Positions 41,810 through 53,645 of a stretch of DNA of 64,000 nucleotides are shown piece after piece. The stretch spans positions 1 to 64,000 of the forward strand of contig CAWEDJ010000016.1 of the NCBI GenBank assembly GCA_963807635.1. Reading direction: 5' to 3'. Source of the DNA: an uncultured cyanobacterium (GTDB lineage Bacteria; Cyanobacteriota; Cyanobacteriia; Cyanobacteriales; Microcystaceae). Position 1 is the first letter of the stretch. Each line of letters starts with the position of its first letter. Below the pieces are notes generated by a model. That model did no database searches, was not told the DNA's origin, and saw nothing but the letters and a program-made list of their open reading frames with translations. A program made the translations under genes and the position numbers.

Positions 41810-43240
41810 TCAATTTTGAGAAATAAAATTAATCATTCCATCTTCGGAAATTACAACTATTAATAACTCATGTTTTCCTTTCATAGATTCAGAATAACGA
41901 ATTGCAGAGTTATATCTAGATCCTCTCGAACTATCGCCTCCTTTTGCGGCTTGACCGTCTAAAATAACGCCAATAGCATGGCAATTGCCATCTGATGATA
42001 ATAATAACGAACCATCAATACTAGTTAATTCTTTGATGAGTTCAGCATTTAATTTTTTAGGAGTAATCTTAAAACATTGTCCTCCTAATCTATCTGCTTC
42101 GTCCTTGGCAGTATTAGTATCCAATATAACCAACATTGTTCCATGTTTCTGTTCGATAGCTTGTTCTAGAACTTCCCACAAATCATCCATATCTGATTGC
42201 TGAATATTGGTAAAAATATCTTCACAATAATTCTTAAATTCTAGTTTATCAATTCGTTTTTGTGGTAGTGAGGGTTGACCATTTTTAACTACTATGATGG
42301 GTTTAGTATTTTTACATGGGTCAGAAGTCTTAATAGAATATCCAAGTTCCCACAGAAAATGTCCTTGAAAATTAATAACACACCAATTCTCTTGGGAAGA
42401 TAAATTATCTTCTTCGGAACATGAATTAGAATCTTTTAATTTTCCAATTCCAATTCCATAAATATCAGAATCATCAGGTTTATTTTTTAAAGGCAGATCT
42501 TGTAAAACCAAAAAATTATTTTTATTTGATAAATTCAAGAGTTTTCTTATTTTTCTATGTTCCGACAAAATTACTGGTGTCTCGAAATTAATAATCATTT
42601 CAATATTTTCATTCCCCTGTTTTTTGGAAACATATACTATTTGACCAAAACATTCTTCACCTTCATGTGGCAATGTAGAAATAATATTAAAATCATCAAA
42701 TAAACTACGTGGTATTGCTGTTTTACGCCAAATAATCTCTCTGGCTGTAGAGACAAGTGTTTCCTCAACGGGGAATAAAGATTTAATGCCTTCATTACTG
42801 AAATCATTGTTGAGATAAGATAAAAAATATAAACTACTAATTCTTAAAAATCTACTAATTAATTCAGTTAAAAAATATTCATTATTGTCCAATTTATCAT
42901 CTTCGGCAAATTTCACAAAAATATAAAAAGAACAATTTTTTACATGAAGTGAAAATTTTTGAGTTGATGAGTATATTCTAAAATTAAATTCAGGGAATTC
43001 ATTTAGAAACTCTTGAGTCAGATTATTTTTTTTCTGCTTAAATACCGTCTCTATCTTCTCATTATTAGTAGAAGATTTAGTAACATTTTCAAAAATAAAA
43101 TGTCCTTGTTCAATATCATATATAAAAACTTGAGGATTTAATACTGGAATTAATTTTTTATCTATTTTTTCAAACAATTCTTCTAAATAACATTGAATTT
43201 CATCACAAAACGTTTTTAAATTTAATTGATCTATATTCAT
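41810..43240 (-). CDS. Multi-domain diadenylate cyclase (DisA_N/DAC)-like protein
   Basis: C-terminal QKHGTMLVI, SIDGSLLL, GVILDG, RGSRYNSA, VISEDG; about 330 aa of N-terminal domains; very AT-rich. Confidence 0.82.
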   Translation of the reverse strand: MNIDQLNLKTFCDEIQCYLEELFEKIDKKLIPVLNPQVFIYDIEQGHFIFENVTKSSTNNEKIETVFKQKKNNLTQEFLNEFPEFNFRIYSSTQKFSLHVKNCSFYIFVKFAEDDKLDNNEYFLTELISRFLRISSLYFLSYLNNDFSNEGIKSLFPVEETLVSTAREIIWRKTAIPRSLFDDFNIISTLPHEGEECFGQIVYVSKKQGNENIEMIINFETPVILSEHRKIRKLLNLSNKNNFLVLQDLPLKNKPDDSDIYGIGIGKLKDSNSCSEEDNLSSQENWCVINFQGHFLWELGYSIKTSDPCKNTKPIIVVKNGQPSLPQKRIDKLEFKNYCEDIFTNIQQSDMDDLWEVLEQAIEQKHGTMLVILDTNTAKDEADRLGGQCFKITPKKLNAELIKELTSIDGSLLLSSDGNCHAIGVILDGQAAKGGDSSRGSRYNSAIRYSESMKGKHELLIVVISEDGMINFISQN

Positions 43241-43527
43241 ATATATTTTTTATACTTAAGTAGTTGAGAATGATTTATTTTGTTGAATTAGCTACAGATA
43301 AATTTTAGAGATGCTGATCTGAGAAAAAGAATTGATTTTTCTCTATCGTAAGTGGCAAGTTCTAAGATTTATCTCAATGATTATGAGCTTTTAGATTTTC
43401 TTTCAAAATTGTAGTCGATCTGAATCCATATTTTATTAAGTAGCCTTGTTAGAGATAGAACACGATCGCCGTTTTGCATTACTGAGAGATCAAACGCGAT
43501 CTATTCCTGATGGAGAGAAAACAAAAA

Positions 43528-44115
43528 TTACCGCATTGGCCCTAAATACTTGCGTAAATAAGGAGAAAAAACCTCATAAATCAGCGTTAAAGGTTTGCGG
43601 TCATGCCAAAAAAGATAATGCCTGCCCCAAAAAGGCCCTTTTTCCTGAAAAGCCGTTTCTAATGCCGCAGAATGACCATAATAAAGTCCCTGAATATCCC
43701 GATAAAGTTCCGTATGCAGATGGGAAAGACTATCCCAAATCGGTAAATTACGATTTTCTAGATATTCATCCACATGATTCGCATCCCACCAGGAAACCGC
43801 ATAGGCTAATCGTTGCCCTGAGCTTGTCCGTAACCAAACCTGTCGTCGCAACCAGGGCTGGGGAACGGCGGCAATCTGTAAGGGCGCACCATCATCCACT
43901 GTGCCGATTAAAGACATATCAATCACATCAACACAGGTTTTTTCACTGGTTAAGAGTTGCAAATGGCGAGTCGGGGAACCATCTCCTAGTATTAATATTT
44001 GCCAAGCGGGAGCAAGTTGAGAGTGGGGCAATCCTTGTTTGACGGCGATTTCGTCTCCTTGCCAAAGAAGATCGAGGGAATACCAGGGTTGAACGATAGG
44101 AGGAGAAAGTTGCAA
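43528..44115 (-). CDS. ubiC: Chorismate lyase (cyanobacterial UbiC/DUF98)
   Basis: LGDGSPTRHLQLL, RRQVWL, LAYAVSWW, WGRHY, IYEVFSP. Confidence 0.85.
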   Translation of the reverse strand: MQLSPPIVQPWYSLDLLWQGDEIAVKQGLPHSQLAPAWQILILGDGSPTRHLQLLTSEKTCVDVIDMSLIGTVDDGAPLQIAAVPQPWLRRQVWLRTSSGQRLAYAVSWWDANHVDEYLENRNLPIWDSLSHLHTELYRDIQGLYYGHSAALETAFQEKGPFWGRHYLFWHDRKPLTLIYEVFSPYLRKYLGPMR

Positions 44116-44371
44116 ATGAGTTAGAAAAGAAGATTTACAAAACTTAATCTATTATCGCTTATGATCAGGGATCTTCGTTATCTAGGGAGAAATTTATCTT
44201 TTAAAAAAGTGGGAATCTTCAAAACAAGCTAAAATCCTGTAGGTATTTCCATCGATAAAAAAATATGGGTTAAAAATTGGTAAAATTAATCAAAACTAAC
44301 CATAATTTAGATCTTGACACCTTAGCTCCAATATTTGACGAATAATATTCAATTTTAGATAAAAATGTAGT

Positions 44372-44785
44372 ATGCTAACCATCACCAAAACAACCTCTAT
44401 TCCCCTCAACGAAATTGAAATGAGTGCCGTTCGTTCCCAGGGAACAGGGGGACAAAACGTTAACAAAGTCGCCACCGCCATTCACTTACGGTTTGATATT
44501 GCAGCATCCTCCCTCCCCGAAACCTATAAAACCAGACTCTACAAACTCAACGATCAGCGCATTACCAAAGACGGAGTAGTTATCATCAAAGCCCAATCCC
44601 ATCGGACTCAGGAACAAAATCGAGAAGAAGCTCTCCAACGACTCCAACAATTGCTATTGAGTGTGGCAAGCTTACCCCGAAAGCGGAAACCGACCAAACC
44701 GACCCGTAGTTCCCAACGAAAACGCCTCGATCGCAAAACAAAACATAGCGCACTCAAATCTTCTCGAAAAAGTATTACGGATTAA
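44372..44785 (+). CDS. arfB: Alternative ribosome-rescue peptidyl-tRNA hydrolase ArfB
   Basis: GGQNVNKV, RTQEQNR, basic tail RKPTKPT. Confidence 0.93.
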   Translation: MLTITKTTSIPLNEIEMSAVRSQGTGGQNVNKVATAIHLRFDIAASSLPETYKTRLYKLNDQRITKDGVVIIKAQSHRTQEQNREEALQRLQQLLLSVASLPRKRKPTKPTRSSQRKRLDRKTKHSALKSSRKSITD

Positions 44786-45286
44786 TTCTAATTAAACTCA
44801 AGAGATTGATTAGTTGATGAGTAAATTTATTTGCGATCGCTTGTTGTAAAAACACTTTTCAATAATCTCAAGGCTTTATCTAGCTTTTTAACCGTAAAAA
44901 ATAGATCTTTTTGTGAGAGAAATTATACATTTCAAGCATCTTAGATATTAATTGAGACTAGATTTCAAACGCTGTCATGGGAAAATGGTATCAATTCCTG
45001 ATTAATTTAACTTAATTTATCCTAAATTTTTGTCTCATACTAAATCCCGTTCTCATATTCTTTTTGAGTGAGGGTAGGGGCTTAGTTCCTCAGTCTTATT
45101 CTCTATAAATTTAGCAACTCAATCCTTATCAAATTTAAAGGATTTTTTGTCAATAATATTTCGTATTGTACTAATGTTTTATAGTAATTTCTATAAAAAT
45201 GTATAGACACGGAAGAAATGAATATTTCATTTTAGTAGGGTACAAGATTTAGATAATTTAACAATATAAAAAACAAGAGGTATAAC

Positions 45287-46360
45287 ATGAAAATCGCTCA
45301 AATTGCGCCATTATGGGAAAGAGTTCCCCCTCCCGCCTATGGTGGAACGGAGTTAGTAGTTGGTTTATTAACCGATGGATTAGTGAAAAGAGGTCATGAA
45401 GTCACCCTATTTGCCTCTGGAGATTCGACAACCTTGGCTGAATTAGTGTCTGTTCATCCACGAGCATTACGACTAGATGATCAGGTTAAAGAATATGGTA
45501 TTTACGATATGCTCAACCTCTCTGCGGTTTATGAAAGAGCAAGCGAATTTGATATTATTCATTCCCATGTCGGTTGTGTGGCCTTAACCTATGCTTCTTT
45601 AGTGAAAACGCCTACCGTTCATACTTTGCACGGTATTTTTACCCCCGACAATGAAAAGTTATTTAAACATAGTCGCAAACAACCTTTTATCAGTATTTCC
45701 CAGTCTCAACGGGAACCGCGATTAAATCTTAACTATGCGGCAACGGTTTATAACGGAATTGATCCCAGCCATTATACGTTTCATCCTGAACCTGATAATC
45801 CACCCTATTTAGCTTTTTTAGGTAGAATATCCCCTGAAAAAGGCCCCCAATTAGCGATTGAAATTGCCAAGCGGAGTGGTTGGAAACTCAAAATGGCGGG
45901 AAAGGTTGATCCCATTGATCGAGAATTTTTTGAAACTCAGATTAAACCCCTTTGTGATGGTCAGCAAATTGAATATTTAGGAGAGGCTAAACATGAAGAT
46001 AAAAGCGTTCTTTTGGGGGGAGCTTTTGCCACACTGTTTCCCATAACTTGGCGCGAACCCTTTGGGTTGGTCATGGTGGAATCAATGGTCGTGGGAACGC
46101 CTGTCATTGCGATAAATTTGGGGTCGGTTTCAGAGGTAATCGCTCACGGTAAAACGGGCTATATCTGCAATACGGTTGATGAGTGTGTTGCCGCCCTCGA
46201 TCAAATTCCGAACCTGAGTCGCGATGTGTGTCATCAGTATGTTGTGGATAAGTTTAGTGCGGAACGGATGACTGCTAGTTATGAGGAAGTTTATAAGCAA
46301 GTGATGGCGGAGAAATATGCTCAAAATGGCCATGCTCATCAAATAGCGGGAGTACTCTAA
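45287..46360 (+). CDS. Glycosyltransferase family 4
   Basis: VPPPAYGGTE, GRISPEKG, EPFGLVMVESM. Confidence 0.92.
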   Translation: MKIAQIAPLWERVPPPAYGGTELVVGLLTDGLVKRGHEVTLFASGDSTTLAELVSVHPRALRLDDQVKEYGIYDMLNLSAVYERASEFDIIHSHVGCVALTYASLVKTPTVHTLHGIFTPDNEKLFKHSRKQPFISISQSQREPRLNLNYAATVYNGIDPSHYTFHPEPDNPPYLAFLGRISPEKGPQLAIEIAKRSGWKLKMAGKVDPIDREFFETQIKPLCDGQQIEYLGEAKHEDKSVLLGGAFATLFPITWREPFGLVMVESMVVGTPVIAINLGSVSEVIAHGKTGYICNTVDECVAALDQIPNLSRDVCHQYVVDKFSAERMTASYEEVYKQVMAEKYAQNGHAHQIAGVL

Positions 46361-46973
46361 ACTTGTCTGCATAAAAACTGAATTCAAAGGCTCTAGTCGC
46401 TTTTTTAGAACGGGTTTGAAAGAAGGGGTTTGAAAATTTTTGCCGAACTCCTGAGCCACTAAAGACTTTAGGTTGTTTTTAGTGAAATCCTCAAAAAAAT
46501 TGCCCGATAAAGCTTAGAGCCTTCTTTTCAAACCTATTTTTAGGGTTGGGTGATTGTAATTGTATCCGTCTCGGTAATTTTTCCAGAGATTTCTAATCGT
46601 TTAGATTTCCAATTTTTCCTGGATGCCTCTATTAATTGTCCTCGAATTCCTGGGAGGATGATACGTTAGATTTGGAACTTTTAAATTGCCCAGAAGTCAT
46701 AAAAGAGTTAGTATTTTCTGATAAAACTCAAGATGAATCATTGGCAGGAACCCAATATGTTTTTTTGGGAAGTGCATCTTTTTCGGCGATCGCCGTCAGG
46801 GAACTCAGAGGGAATCGACGCTCTCAGGGTGTCTGGGAGTCGCAGCCCAGGCTTAATTTGCGAGAGATTGTTTTCCATTCTCTACTGAATAAGGTAAGTT
46901 ATTTAACGAGAGAAGTCTTAATTCATAAGTTCTGGTTAAGAGATGACTTCTTTTTGACTGGACAAACAACCCC

Positions 46974-48924
46974 ATGAAATCAAACAGCCCCCTACTATCC
47001 ATGCTGATGTCTCGTTCTCTAAAGATCCTTGGTACGAGTGTCATTTTTGCCCTTACCTCTGGCATCGTCACCACCGCTCAGACTTCTCCTTCTCGCCCTC
47101 CTGCTCCCTGGGCTAGGACTTCTATGAAAGCCGAGCCTGTTGCTGACCCCCAAAATTTATCCTCCCATTCTAGCCAGTCGAACCACAGTATTGAAACTGA
47201 ATCTTTCCAAAAGCCCTCGGAAACGCCTGCGATCGCCTTTCCCAGTCAAATTTCTCAATCGATAGAATCCCCAGAGTCCCAACCCTCTTCGTTTCCTAAT
47301 AGACGGGAAAATCTCCTCAAGCCTCTTGATGATAATGGCGATAATCCTTCCAGATCCCAGGCAAATCCGTCTCAACAGCAATCTAATCCGAATTCCCTCA
47401 AGGCTGAAGTTGCCCAAGCGACCAATAATTTAGCGAATCAACCGATCGCAAACCCTTCTTTCCAAACGCCTAATCCCCTGGCTCAATCGGCTCAGAATCC
47501 TGTTTTTCCAGCTAATCCTGCCAATGATGGGACGGGAAATGTTACCCCTGCCAATCCTGCTCCGAATGAATTGAATTCTAGCGGTAATCCTTTAATTTTC
47601 CCCACGAATCCCCAGGAAGTAGATACCACAACCCGTCAGTCCCTTACCCTGAATCAGGCGATCGAATTAGCCCTGCGCAACAATAAAGATTTTCAAGCGG
47701 CTCGTATTGCCCTAGAAAAAAGTGAGGCGAATTTAATATCGGCTCGTGCGGCCCTATTTCCCAGTCTGACGACGGAATTTGAGTTAAGTAGAGATAATAG
47801 TGCCATTACTGAGATACAAAATGCTCTTGCTATTCAAAATGCTGCAAATTCTCCCATTCCCACCGATCCGATCCTCCAAGGCGAATCGACAACCAATGCG
47901 ACGGGGAATGTGCAATTGACCTACAATATTTTCAGTGGAGGCGAACGGTCAGCCCAAATTGAAAAAGCGGAAAAACAAGTCCGTAGTAGTCGGTTGCAGG
48001 TAGAAGTGACGGCTGAACAAACTCGTTTTAGTGCAACGGATAGTTACTATGCTCTCCAGGGAACCGATGCCAGGTCGCGATCGCCCAGGCTTCCGTCGAA
48101 GATGCGTCCCAAAGTTTGAGAGATGCCCGATTATTAGAGCAAGCAGGACTGGGAACTCGCTTTGATGTACTACGAGCCGAGGGAGACTTAGCCACTGCCA
48201 ACGAAGCTCTAACGCGGGCTATTTCTGATCAAAGAACCGCCAGACGGAGGTTAGTCCAGATTTTGGGGGTGGGACAAAAGGTTGAACTCACCGCCGCCGA
48301 TCCCATCACCGAAGCGGGAGATTGGACAATGCCCCTGGAGACCAGCATTGTTCAAGCCTATAAAAACCGCGCCGAACTCGAACAACAATTATTGCAAATC
48401 GATATTTACGAGCAAGATCGTTTTATTGCTCTCTCCTCCATTCAGCCCAAGATTGACTTTTTAGCGAATTACAATTACCAAAATAACTTCGACAACTCCG
48501 TTGGGATAGTTGATGGTTATTCCTTTGCCGCTAGGGTTCGCTGGACGTTTTTTGATGGGGGCAGAGCCTTTGCTGAAGCACGGAAAGCCGATCGCGACAT
48601 CGACTCAGCCAAACCCAATTTGCCAAACAACGGGATCAAATTCGCTTTGATGTGGAAGAATCCTATTACACCCTCACTTCAACCAAGGAAAATATTAGTA
48701 GCACTCGCACCAATGTTACCCGTTTTGAAGAAGCCCTCAGACTGGCGCGGTTACGGTTCCAGGCAGGGGTGGGAACCCAGACGGATGTGATTAACGCCCA
48801 ACGGGATTTGGCCAATGCACGGGGACGCTATCTCCAGGCGATTATTGGTTATAACCAGGCTTTGAATAAAATACAACGGGCGGTTAGTAATTTACCCGAT
48901 AATAATTTGTTCCAAATTCGTTAG
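46974..48924 (+). CDS. tolC: TolC family outer membrane channel with a long Pro/Asn/Ser-rich N-terminus (indels near 48070 and 48612)
   Basis: LTLNQAIELALRNN, AGLGTRFDVLRA, RLRFQAGVGTQTDVI across three consecutive ORFs. Confidence 0.88.
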
Positions 48925-48948
48925 GTTAAGGGAAAAGTTAGGCAAATT

Positions 48949-50146
48949 CTAAATAATACTGCTTCTTTTGCGGGCTTCTTTGTAGGATATTCCTATTTTT
49001 TGGAGTCCACTCCGTAGCATTTGTTGTTCTAATAGGGCAAAAAATCGAGCGCGATCGCCACCTCTGACGACGGCCTGGTTGTGGGCTTCCGCGATCGCCA
49101 CAGGATACCCGTAACCCTTACTGACCTGGGCTAACATAATTCCCAGCGATCGGTCTAACAGGTCTGGATTTTGGACGACCCAGGCGGGAAACTCCACGCG
49201 GGCAATCTCAGTTCCCACATTGACATAACAAAAATAAACACGTTGAGCTTCGGGATATAAATCCAAAATACGGGAAGAACTCTGCCAGAGGGGACTGCGT
49301 TGACCAGGTTCTAGAAAATAACTCCAAAAAGTCGCATCTCGGAGCGGATCAAACACTTGACAGGGCGTTTTTTCATCCACTAGGGTCGCACAATGAACGG
49401 GGCAATTGGGTTGATCATAACTGCACGCCTGTAATCGCAAAAAATTCATCGCTTCCGTACTCCGAGCCGCACTGATATAGCCCATCAGAGGAATGTTATG
49501 TTCCCGTAAAATCTTCCCAGGCTTCGAGGATCGGCGGCAAAATACGCTCTCTGGCTTCGGTGGGTAAACTTTCGAGAAACCAATAGATCAAAGAGCCATC
49601 TACCATCGCTAAATTCGGTTCTTTATGGGGGCCAGGGGGACTCACCCAGCGACAGCCCATTTCCGCTAAACCCTGGGCTTCTAGCACCGTTCTGCGGTAA
49701 CCCATCCATTCTTCGGTACGAATACCCCAATGTTTAGAAATATGCAAATCTTCGCCACGATAATAGATTTCAGGAATACTATCCAGTAAGGGATGGCGAT
49801 TTTGCCCATAGTGGAGCATAATTCGACCAATATTAATCAAATAACAATAGGCAATTTCGTGGTTAGAAGGGGCGATCTGGGAACCATCGGTGGAAAAAAC
49901 ACTGTGGGGATCAAGATACAAAGAGAGGTTTTTGCGGGTTTCCAGGGGTTCTACAGGGAGCGCAACGGAAAAAAAGAGGCGATCGCGCCAGGTCTGATAT
50001 TTTTTGATAAGTTCTTGCTGTTGGTGTTGGGCTTGGATCAATAATTTTTCGGCTTTTTCGAGACGTTGACGACTCGCGGCGACTTCTTTGGTGAAGTGTT
50101 GACCAATTCCTGGCATTTGTCCTGCAAGTTTGGTGAGGTCTAACAT
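48949..50146 (-). CDS. NurA-domain nuclease (1-nt insertion near 49510)
   Basis: TDGSQI, MVDGSLIYW, GYISA, ARVEFP, GYGYPVAIAEAHNQAVV. Confidence 0.85.
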
Positions 50147-50245
50147 GGTAAATGATCCTGTTTAGGGTTTAAATATTTCTAGTAGCAAACGAGTTCTACC
50201 TGTCCATTATTCCTGAATAGATTATCCTGGGTCGCGGTACGAAAA

Positions 50246-51334
50246 ATGAATAATTTGCTTCAAGATTTAACGCCCGATCTCCCCAATCCAGTTAAGCCCC
50301 GCCTGAGTCCCAGCCTCAAACAAAAATTATCTATTCCCTTAAAAATTGGCGACCTTACCCTGAATAGTCGTGTATTCCAATCGCCCTTGTCGGGAGTCAC
50401 CGACCTAGTTTTTCGGCGGTTAGTACGACGCTATGCCCCAGATTCCATGCTCTATACCGAAATGGTGAACGCAACAGAAATTCATCATCTCAGTCAGTTA
50501 CCCCAGGTGATGGAAATCGATCCCCAGGAACAACCCATTAGTATCCAGTTATTCGATTGTCGTCCCGATTTTATGGCAGAAGCCGCTCAAAAAGCCGTCG
50601 CCGAAGGAGCAAAAACAATTGATATTAATATGGGCTGTCCCGTTAATAAAATCACAAAAAAAGGCGGTGGATCTTCCCTTTTACGTCAACCGAAAGTGCA
50701 GGCGATCGTGGAAACCGTCGTTAATGCCGTGCAAGTGCCTGTCACCGTTAAAACGCGCTTGGGTTGGGATGAAAACGAAATTTCTATTCTCGAATTCGCC
50801 CAGGGTTTACAGGATGCAGGGGCAGCCATGCTCACCTTACACGGAAGAACGCGATCGCAGGGATATACGGGGACAGCGAATTGGGATTGGATTCGGCGAG
50901 TCAAAGAAGTTTTGTCGATTCCTGTCATTGCCAATGGAGATATTTTTTCCCTCCAAGATGCAATTAATTGTTTAGAAATAACGGGAGCCGATGGGGTCAT
51001 GTGTTCACGGGGAACGTTGGGTTATCCTGCGTTGGTGGGAGAGATTGATCACTTTTTAAAAACAGGAAGTGTTTTACCCTCCATGACTCCTGAGCAATCT
51101 TTGGAATGTGCAAAGGAACATTTGCGGCAATTGTGGGAATATAAGGGACAACGGGGAATTTATCAGTCTCGTAAACATTTAGCCTGGTATTGCAAAGGTT
51201 TTGTTGGAGCTTCTACCCTACGGGATCAAGTTTCTCAAATTTCGACAGTGACAGAAGGTATAGAATTACTCGATCGCGCGATCGCGGATCAGCAAGTTAA
51301 CCAAGTAGAGAAGCGAGAAAAAGTTAGTGTTTAA
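50246..51334 (+). CDS. dusB: tRNA-dihydrouridine synthase DusB
   Basis: SPLSGVTD, DINMGCP, TLHGRTR, ANGDI. Confidence 0.93.
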   Translation: MNNLLQDLTPDLPNPVKPRLSPSLKQKLSIPLKIGDLTLNSRVFQSPLSGVTDLVFRRLVRRYAPDSMLYTEMVNATEIHHLSQLPQVMEIDPQEQPISIQLFDCRPDFMAEAAQKAVAEGAKTIDINMGCPVNKITKKGGGSSLLRQPKVQAIVETVVNAVQVPVTVKTRLGWDENEISILEFAQGLQDAGAAMLTLHGRTRSQGYTGTANWDWIRRVKEVLSIPVIANGDIFSLQDAINCLEITGADGVMCSRGTLGYPALVGEIDHFLKTGSVLPSMTPEQSLECAKEHLRQLWEYKGQRGIYQSRKHLAWYCKGFVGASTLRDQVSQISTVTEGIELLDRAIADQQVNQVEKREKVSV

Positions 51335-51400
51335 AAAATATTTTGATCTTCATTTTTATTGATTTTTTTAGTTAGCTAATTAAAAGTAGATAAAATCTTT

Positions 51401-51488
51401 GTAGGGATATAATATATTATGTCCATTAACTTCTCGCTTTTAGTTAAAAATGTTCATTAACTTCTCGCCTTTACTCAAAAATGTCATT
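51401..51488. repeat. REP-like hairpin followed by a 31-bp tandem duplication
   Basis: GTAGGGATATAATATATTATGTCC; units 51419-51449 and 51450-51480 both contain CATTAACTTCTCGC. Confidence 0.65.
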
Positions 51489-51537
51489 TCAGGATAAAAT
51501 AATCTTAAGAGACATGAATTAACCTATAAGAAAACCT

Positions 51538-52928
51538 ATGAAAAATCGACGCATTATTGATATTTTACGCAATGGTCAACCTGAAGAAGTCGTCATCGTC
51601 CAAGCCTGGGTGCGTACCAAACGGGAATTAAAGGAGTTTAGTTTTGTCGAAGTTAATGACGGTTCTTCCCTGGCGAATTTACAGGTTATTCTCGATGCCA
51701 ACCTTCCCGATTATCAATCGTTGATTTCAAAACTCAATACAGGGGCTTCCCTAGAAGTTTCAGGTAATTTGGTTCCCTCACCTGCCAAGGGTCAACGCAT
51801 TGAACTCAAAGCCGATGCTGTCACAGTTTTCGGGGAAGCCAATCCCGAAACCTATCCCCTACAAAAGAAACGTCATAGTTTTGAATTTCTTCGTACTATC
51901 GGTCATCTGCGATCGCGTACCAATAGCCTGGGAGCCGTGATGCGGGTTCGGAATGCCTGTGCCACAGCGATCCATCAATTCTTTCAAGAAAAAGGCTTTT
52001 TGTGGGTACATACTCCCATTATTACCGCCAGTGATTGTGAAGGTGCAGGGGAATTATTTACCGTCACGAATTTGAATTTGAATCAATTACCCTTAACCGA
52101 AAAAAAGACCGTTGATTTTGAACAAGATTTTTTTGGAAAACAAGCTTATCTAACAGTTAGCGGTCAATTGGAAGCGGAAATCATGGCTATGACCTTTCAA
52201 AATGTTTATACTTTTGGCCTACTTTTCGCGCAGAAAACTCGAATACTTCCCGCCATTTAGCAGAGTTTTGGATGGTGGAACCCGAAATGGCTTTTTGTGA
52301 TTTGGAAGGCGACCAAAACTTAGCAGAAGAGTTTCTCAAATATATTTTTAAATACGTGATGGAAACCTGTCCTGAAGACATGGAATTTTTTAATCAACGC
52401 ATTGATAATACGGTCTTAGAAACGGCAAATAATATCATTAACAATGATTTTGCTCGGATTACCTATACCGAAGCAATTAAATTATTAGAAAACTGCGATC
52501 GCTCCTTTCAATATCCTGTTGAATGGGGAATTGATTTACAATCAGAACACGAACGCTATTTAGCCGAAGAAGTGTTTAAAAAGCCGATGATTGTCACCGA
52601 TTATCCCGCCCAAATTAAAGCGTTTTATATGCGTTTAAATGAAGATGGAAAAACCGTTGCGGCAATGGATATTTTAGCTCCAAAAATTGGTGAAATTATC
52701 GGTGGTTCCCAACGAGAAGAACGGTTAGATGTGCTAGAGCAACGGATTAAAGCCCAGGACATGAATCCCGATGATCTCTGGTGGTATCTCGATCTACGTC
52801 GTTTTGGAACCGTCCCCCATGCAGGTTTTGGGTTAGGATTTGAGCGCATTGTTCAATTCATGACAGGAATGGCTAATATTCGAGATGTGATTCCTTTCCC
52901 TCGGACTCCTTTAAATGCAGAGTTTTAG
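51538..52928 (+). CDS. asnS: Asparagine--tRNA ligase (1-nt deletion near 52219)
   Basis: [10 protein letters not shown](P)[37 protein letters not shown]. Confidence 0.95.
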
Positions 52929-52966
52929 ATGGTGGTAATGCCAAATTCAATGAAGTTTAGGGCTGT

Positions 52967-53060
52967 TAAGCTGTTAATTATCTAAAACGCATACAGGCAA
53001 GGGGCTTAAGCCCCTTGTTATAAAACTTTGAACAAAGTCATTATGCAATCTAAATTTTTA
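52967..53060 (+). mobile_element. MITE-like dispersed repeat with CAAGGGGCTTAAGCCCCTTG core
   Basis: Begins TAAGCTGTT; homologous to the reverse complement of 23168-23260. Confidence 0.68.
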
Positions 53061-53082
53061 GAAACAAATTTAGCATAAATAA

Positions 53083-53633
53083 ATGAAGACTTTACGAGTT
53101 TATAGATTTTTTTTGAGTAATCTTTTAATGAGTTTCTTTGTCTTTTTACTTCCAGTCCAAGCAGGACAATTGAGTAACGGCCAAACTTTTTTTGATCATC
53201 CCCCCTTACTACTAGAAGCTTCAACAACCTATAAAGAAGTGTGGGTTTGGGCGGCTACATATTATTTCACCATTTTTCTGCCACATAATGCGGGAGAACC
53301 CCTAAAACAGATTGTGTTTCAACAAAAACCAAGCCCTGAAATGATTGATTTTTATCCTGAAAAAACGATCGCTTTTATGGGAACTCGTGATGAGCGGGGA
53401 AAGGGATTAAATATTCAGCAGAGCCAATGGAATCCAGAAACCAATAGTATGACGGTTACTTTTGATCCTCCGATTCCTCCTGGGGCGACTATCACGGTCG
53501 GCTTGAAACCACTCCAGAATCCTAGCGTTGCTGGAACCTATTTATTTGGTGTGACGGTTTTTCCCGAAGGGGCGATCGCCCAATCGATGTATTTAGGTGT
53601 TGCCGCCTACATTTTTATAAAAATTATTGGTAA
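53083..53633 (+). CDS. DUF2808 family secreted protein (indel near 53602)
   Basis: GQTFFDHPP, YYFTI, AGEPL, FDPPIPPG, YLFGVT; restored end G(R)LHFYKNYW. Confidence 0.8.
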
Positions 53634-53645
53634 TTTCCTGAATTT

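Noticed and set aside
43446..44042. 198-aa ORF on + strand
   Set aside because: Antisense shadow of ubiC with no recognisable motifs; the same applies to the other overlapping track ORFs such as 17213-17641, 17927-18331 and 57438-57752.
45167..45180. Second LexA box (TGTACTAATGTTTT) upstream of the GT4 gene
   Set aside because: Mismatches at both ends of the consensus in very AT-rich DNA.
46404..46543. MITE between the GT4 gene and tolC
   Set aside because: GGTTTGAAAGAAGG / CCTTCTTTTCAAACC inverted match is short and gapped, with no clear target duplication or second copy.
46636..46977. 113-aa ORF upstream of tolC
   Set aside because: TTG start, no motifs; more likely the tolC leader/promoter region.
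51538..52928. Mass pseudogenisation (asnS, fni, nadV, tolC, rnhA, wzt and others)
   Set aside because: Single-base indels in homopolymers or at GGCC within otherwise well-conserved genes fit sequencing error better.
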